A program made the position numbers and the translations under genes. The notes under the pieces are model-generated. The model ran no database searches, was not told the DNA's origin, and saw only the letters and a program-made list of their open reading frames with translations. Below are positions 60,989 to 64,000 of a stretch of 64,000 nt of DNA, in pieces (position 1 is the stretch's first letter; the number at the start of each line of letters is the position of its first letter). The stretch lies in assembly GCF_001194135.2 (NCBI RefSeq), contig NC_068988.1:53930124-53994123 (forward strand), given 5' to 3'. The stretch is from Octopus bimaculoides. Taxonomy: Eukaryota.

Positions 60989-63521
60989 ATGTCCTATAAC
61001 TGACTGTCTCTCTATTTTTGTAGGGTCTTCCCTGTTGTCACATATTGTGAAATTTTAAAATCACGTCAAAATTTTCAAATTTGGTATATTGAAATAATTT
61101 TCCACATTAAATACGATTTTGTTATTTATTTATTCCAGGAAAATTGCAGAAAAATGTTACTGAGGTTTAAAGTTTAATTAATTTTACCTAATTAGAAAAC
61201 AGAATTTGGAAGCTGGCATTTCTATCACAAAATGAAAGCAAAATCATTATGAGGAGGAATTTTTATAAAGCAAATGGAAGCAAAGCATTACAATGACCAA
61301 AGTTGTAAGAACTTCTGAAGTTTTGATAAGTTTTAATGAATGAAGTCATGTGAAATGGTCAAACAGACATGTAAATAATTTAAAAAGGGAAAAATATCCT
61401 CCACGAAGTTTTTTTGCAAAAAATTACACAATTCTGTTCTGACCAAGTGGCCTATCTGCCGGGGAAGGCATGGTCTGACATAGAATAAACAAAAATTTAT
61501 ATAAAACATTCTATTGTAAGAATTGTCTGGCAACAACTGGGGCCATTCAGTTAGCACAATATAAAAGAAGATACCAAAGTGTAAGCCCGGTGGAATTCAC
61601 ATTCTTATAACAATTATTTCTCCATTTATGTACAGCTTAAACATATTTTCTATAGGTGCAGGCATGTTGTGTGGTTAAGAAGCTAGCTTCCTAGCCATAT
61701 GGACTTTGATTCAACCTCACTATTCAGTACTTGAAATGAGTGTCTTCTCCAATAGCGCTATAGCCAAGAATTAACCAAAGCCTTGATCTTCATTTCTAGT
61801 CTCCTGTGGAGAAACAGAAACAGGGAATATTACCTTACTTTGAGACAAGTGCTGTTTAGCATCAGAAAGGGTATCTGGCCATAGACTGTCTTCTTTAACA
61901 AATTCTGTCTGACCTGTGAAAGCACAGAAATATGGGTGTTAAGTAATGATGACAATGAGTCAGCAAGGGAGCATGTATGTCACTTCTTAGTCTGCTAGAA
62001 ATAAAAACCAAATGACCATCAAATCATCCTTACAGCCATATAAAAGAAAGGGTACCAGGAAAGTTGTAGTTCTACACACCACTATTAGGACTGAATGCAA
62101 TGAGGTAATGTACAAATCAACAAAGAAGTCTCTACATAGTTGCTGAACCTGATAGAAATAACACCCAAATGTCCTTCACATCCTAGTTTACCAGGTTTAA
62201 AGAAAGGTCAAGACTCTTTGATAATGTAATCCTAAATATATCTGAGAAAGAGAAAAGGCATGGTCGTAGATAGAATACTCTGTTCATATGTTTACTCTAT
62301 GCAGGTTGACCTGGGGTTAAACAACAATCGTATATATTCTTTGTTCATTCTTAAATTAATCCTGAAATTAAATTTAAATTTATCAGAAAAAAAAAAAGAA
62401 AATTAATTAATTTAACTTAATTGTATTATTTCTGTAATTTCAATTTAAATGTTAATTGAATCAATAATTATTATATCTGATCATAGAGAGGAAATGGAAA
62501 ACACATCATATCATGATAACAACAAACCACGACAGACAAAACATCTCTGTAGTTTAGAGATGAATTCTTTATTTATTGGTTTGTCTGAGTGAAAGAAACT
62601 ACAACATGGTTATGACCTCTGCAAGGCCTTTCCTCACATTTCAACTTGTTACATCACTGCTGCAATAGTCCAGTTTGACCTCCCTATGGGTTGATCACTG
62701 TGGAGGGGAAAAAAAATGTGGTTGTGGAGGGATTTCCAGAGGGTCACAGTTTAGTAGGTGAGTTAGAATAGCGGGTTTACAATTGTGAGATTGTAATTTT
62801 GATTAGCGGTTGTGTGTTGTGTTCTTGAGTAAGATGCGTTATTTCATGTTGTTCCAATTCACTCAGCTGGTGCCAAGCTGTAACGGTCTTTGCCTTTCCT
62901 TTGGACAATATCAGTGGGGTGGAGAAGGGAGACCGGTATGCATAGGTGACTTCTGGTCTTCCACAAACAACCTTGCCTGAACTTGTGCCTCAGAGAGGAA
63001 CTTTCTAGTTGCAATCCCATGGTTGCGCATGACCAAAAAGGATCTTTTTACTTTTTACAATTTAGTTAAAGTACAACTACACAAACTGTTAGATCTTCAG
63101 AGCTGAGACACAGTAAAGGCTATGAGAACAAGAATAATGGATAAGGCCAGAGTATAAAGAACTTACAACAGCTGGTATAAAAAAGCAGAAACGATTGTAG
63201 CTGAAAATAGAAGCAGAATGAAAAAAAAATAGTGCGTCTGAGTGGGTTAGTGGTTGAAGCATATTGGGAAATTAATTTTTTGACAATCATTGGTTGTGTT
63301 CTGGGATATATTTGTGTGGGTGTATGGCATAGTAGCATCTTCTTAGATTCTTTTCTTCTGTAGTTTGTATTTCCTGGGTAATTATTCTCATTTCTTGTCT
63401 TTCTATCTTCAACATTACATTTGCATATGTACATTCTCTGGTCATCTTCAGGAATGCTGTTTCTATATTTCTACATATCTGTCTATCTCCCTCTCTCTTT
63501 CTCTCTCCACACACACACACA

Positions 63522-63575
<54 letters not shown>

Positions 63576-64000
63576 TATAATCAGATTCGCTAGCTATATT
63601 TTGATTTAGATGGTGGTGATGGTGGTGATAGTTGAAGTGGTCAAGCATGATGGTGATATTAAGGGATGTGAAAGACAGTGGTGATGGTAGTGGAAGGGAA
63701 GGCAATGAAGTCAAAGGTGTTGATGCTGGTAGCATCAGAAGTCTGAATGGTGTGTGTATGGCAGTTGTGGTGGCGATGGTGGTGGTACTGTGATGGTAAT
63801 GGTTGAAAACAATCAACAGAAAAAGAGAGAGAAAGAAAGAGGTTAGAAAGAAAAAAACTGTACGGACCCATGAATGGGAAGACAAAAAATGTTGTTTATC
63901 ATGAAGATTGCAAGTTTTCTTTTCAGGTACACGACACTGCTTTTCCCCTTCCCAGGCTACAGGCCCACACCCCCAACACCCATACTGTTAGGATTGGCAC

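Overview
AT-rich, repeat-dense animal genomic DNA from a gapped draft assembly (four N runs). The SINE/LINE/microsatellite landscape suggests an octopus; that is an inference. Two host genes are well supported. (1) The 3' half of a divergent retinoic-acid-receptor-like (NR1B-like) nuclear receptor on the + strand: four ligand-binding-domain exons at 4453-4605, 5453-5657, 7727-7885 and 11566-11666, plus a probable hinge exon at 777-896. The DNA-binding domain is not in the window. (2) An intron-containing tRNA-Ile(UAU) gene on the - strand (37755-37863) inside a CpG-rich island. The rest is mostly transposon debris: several tRNA-derived SINE families, RTE and CR1 LINE fragments, Tc1/mariner, hAT, piggyBac-like and Helentron-type non-autonomous elements, and Penelope-like remnants. 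One Penelope-like remnant carries a minimal hammerhead-ribozyme fold with a variant core (32978-33014). There are also several long inverted repeats and some unidentified exon-like segments. There is no prokaryotic content and no CRISPR array. The leading candidates for novelty are the divergent RAR-like paralogue with a remodelled pocket and the variant minimal hammerhead.
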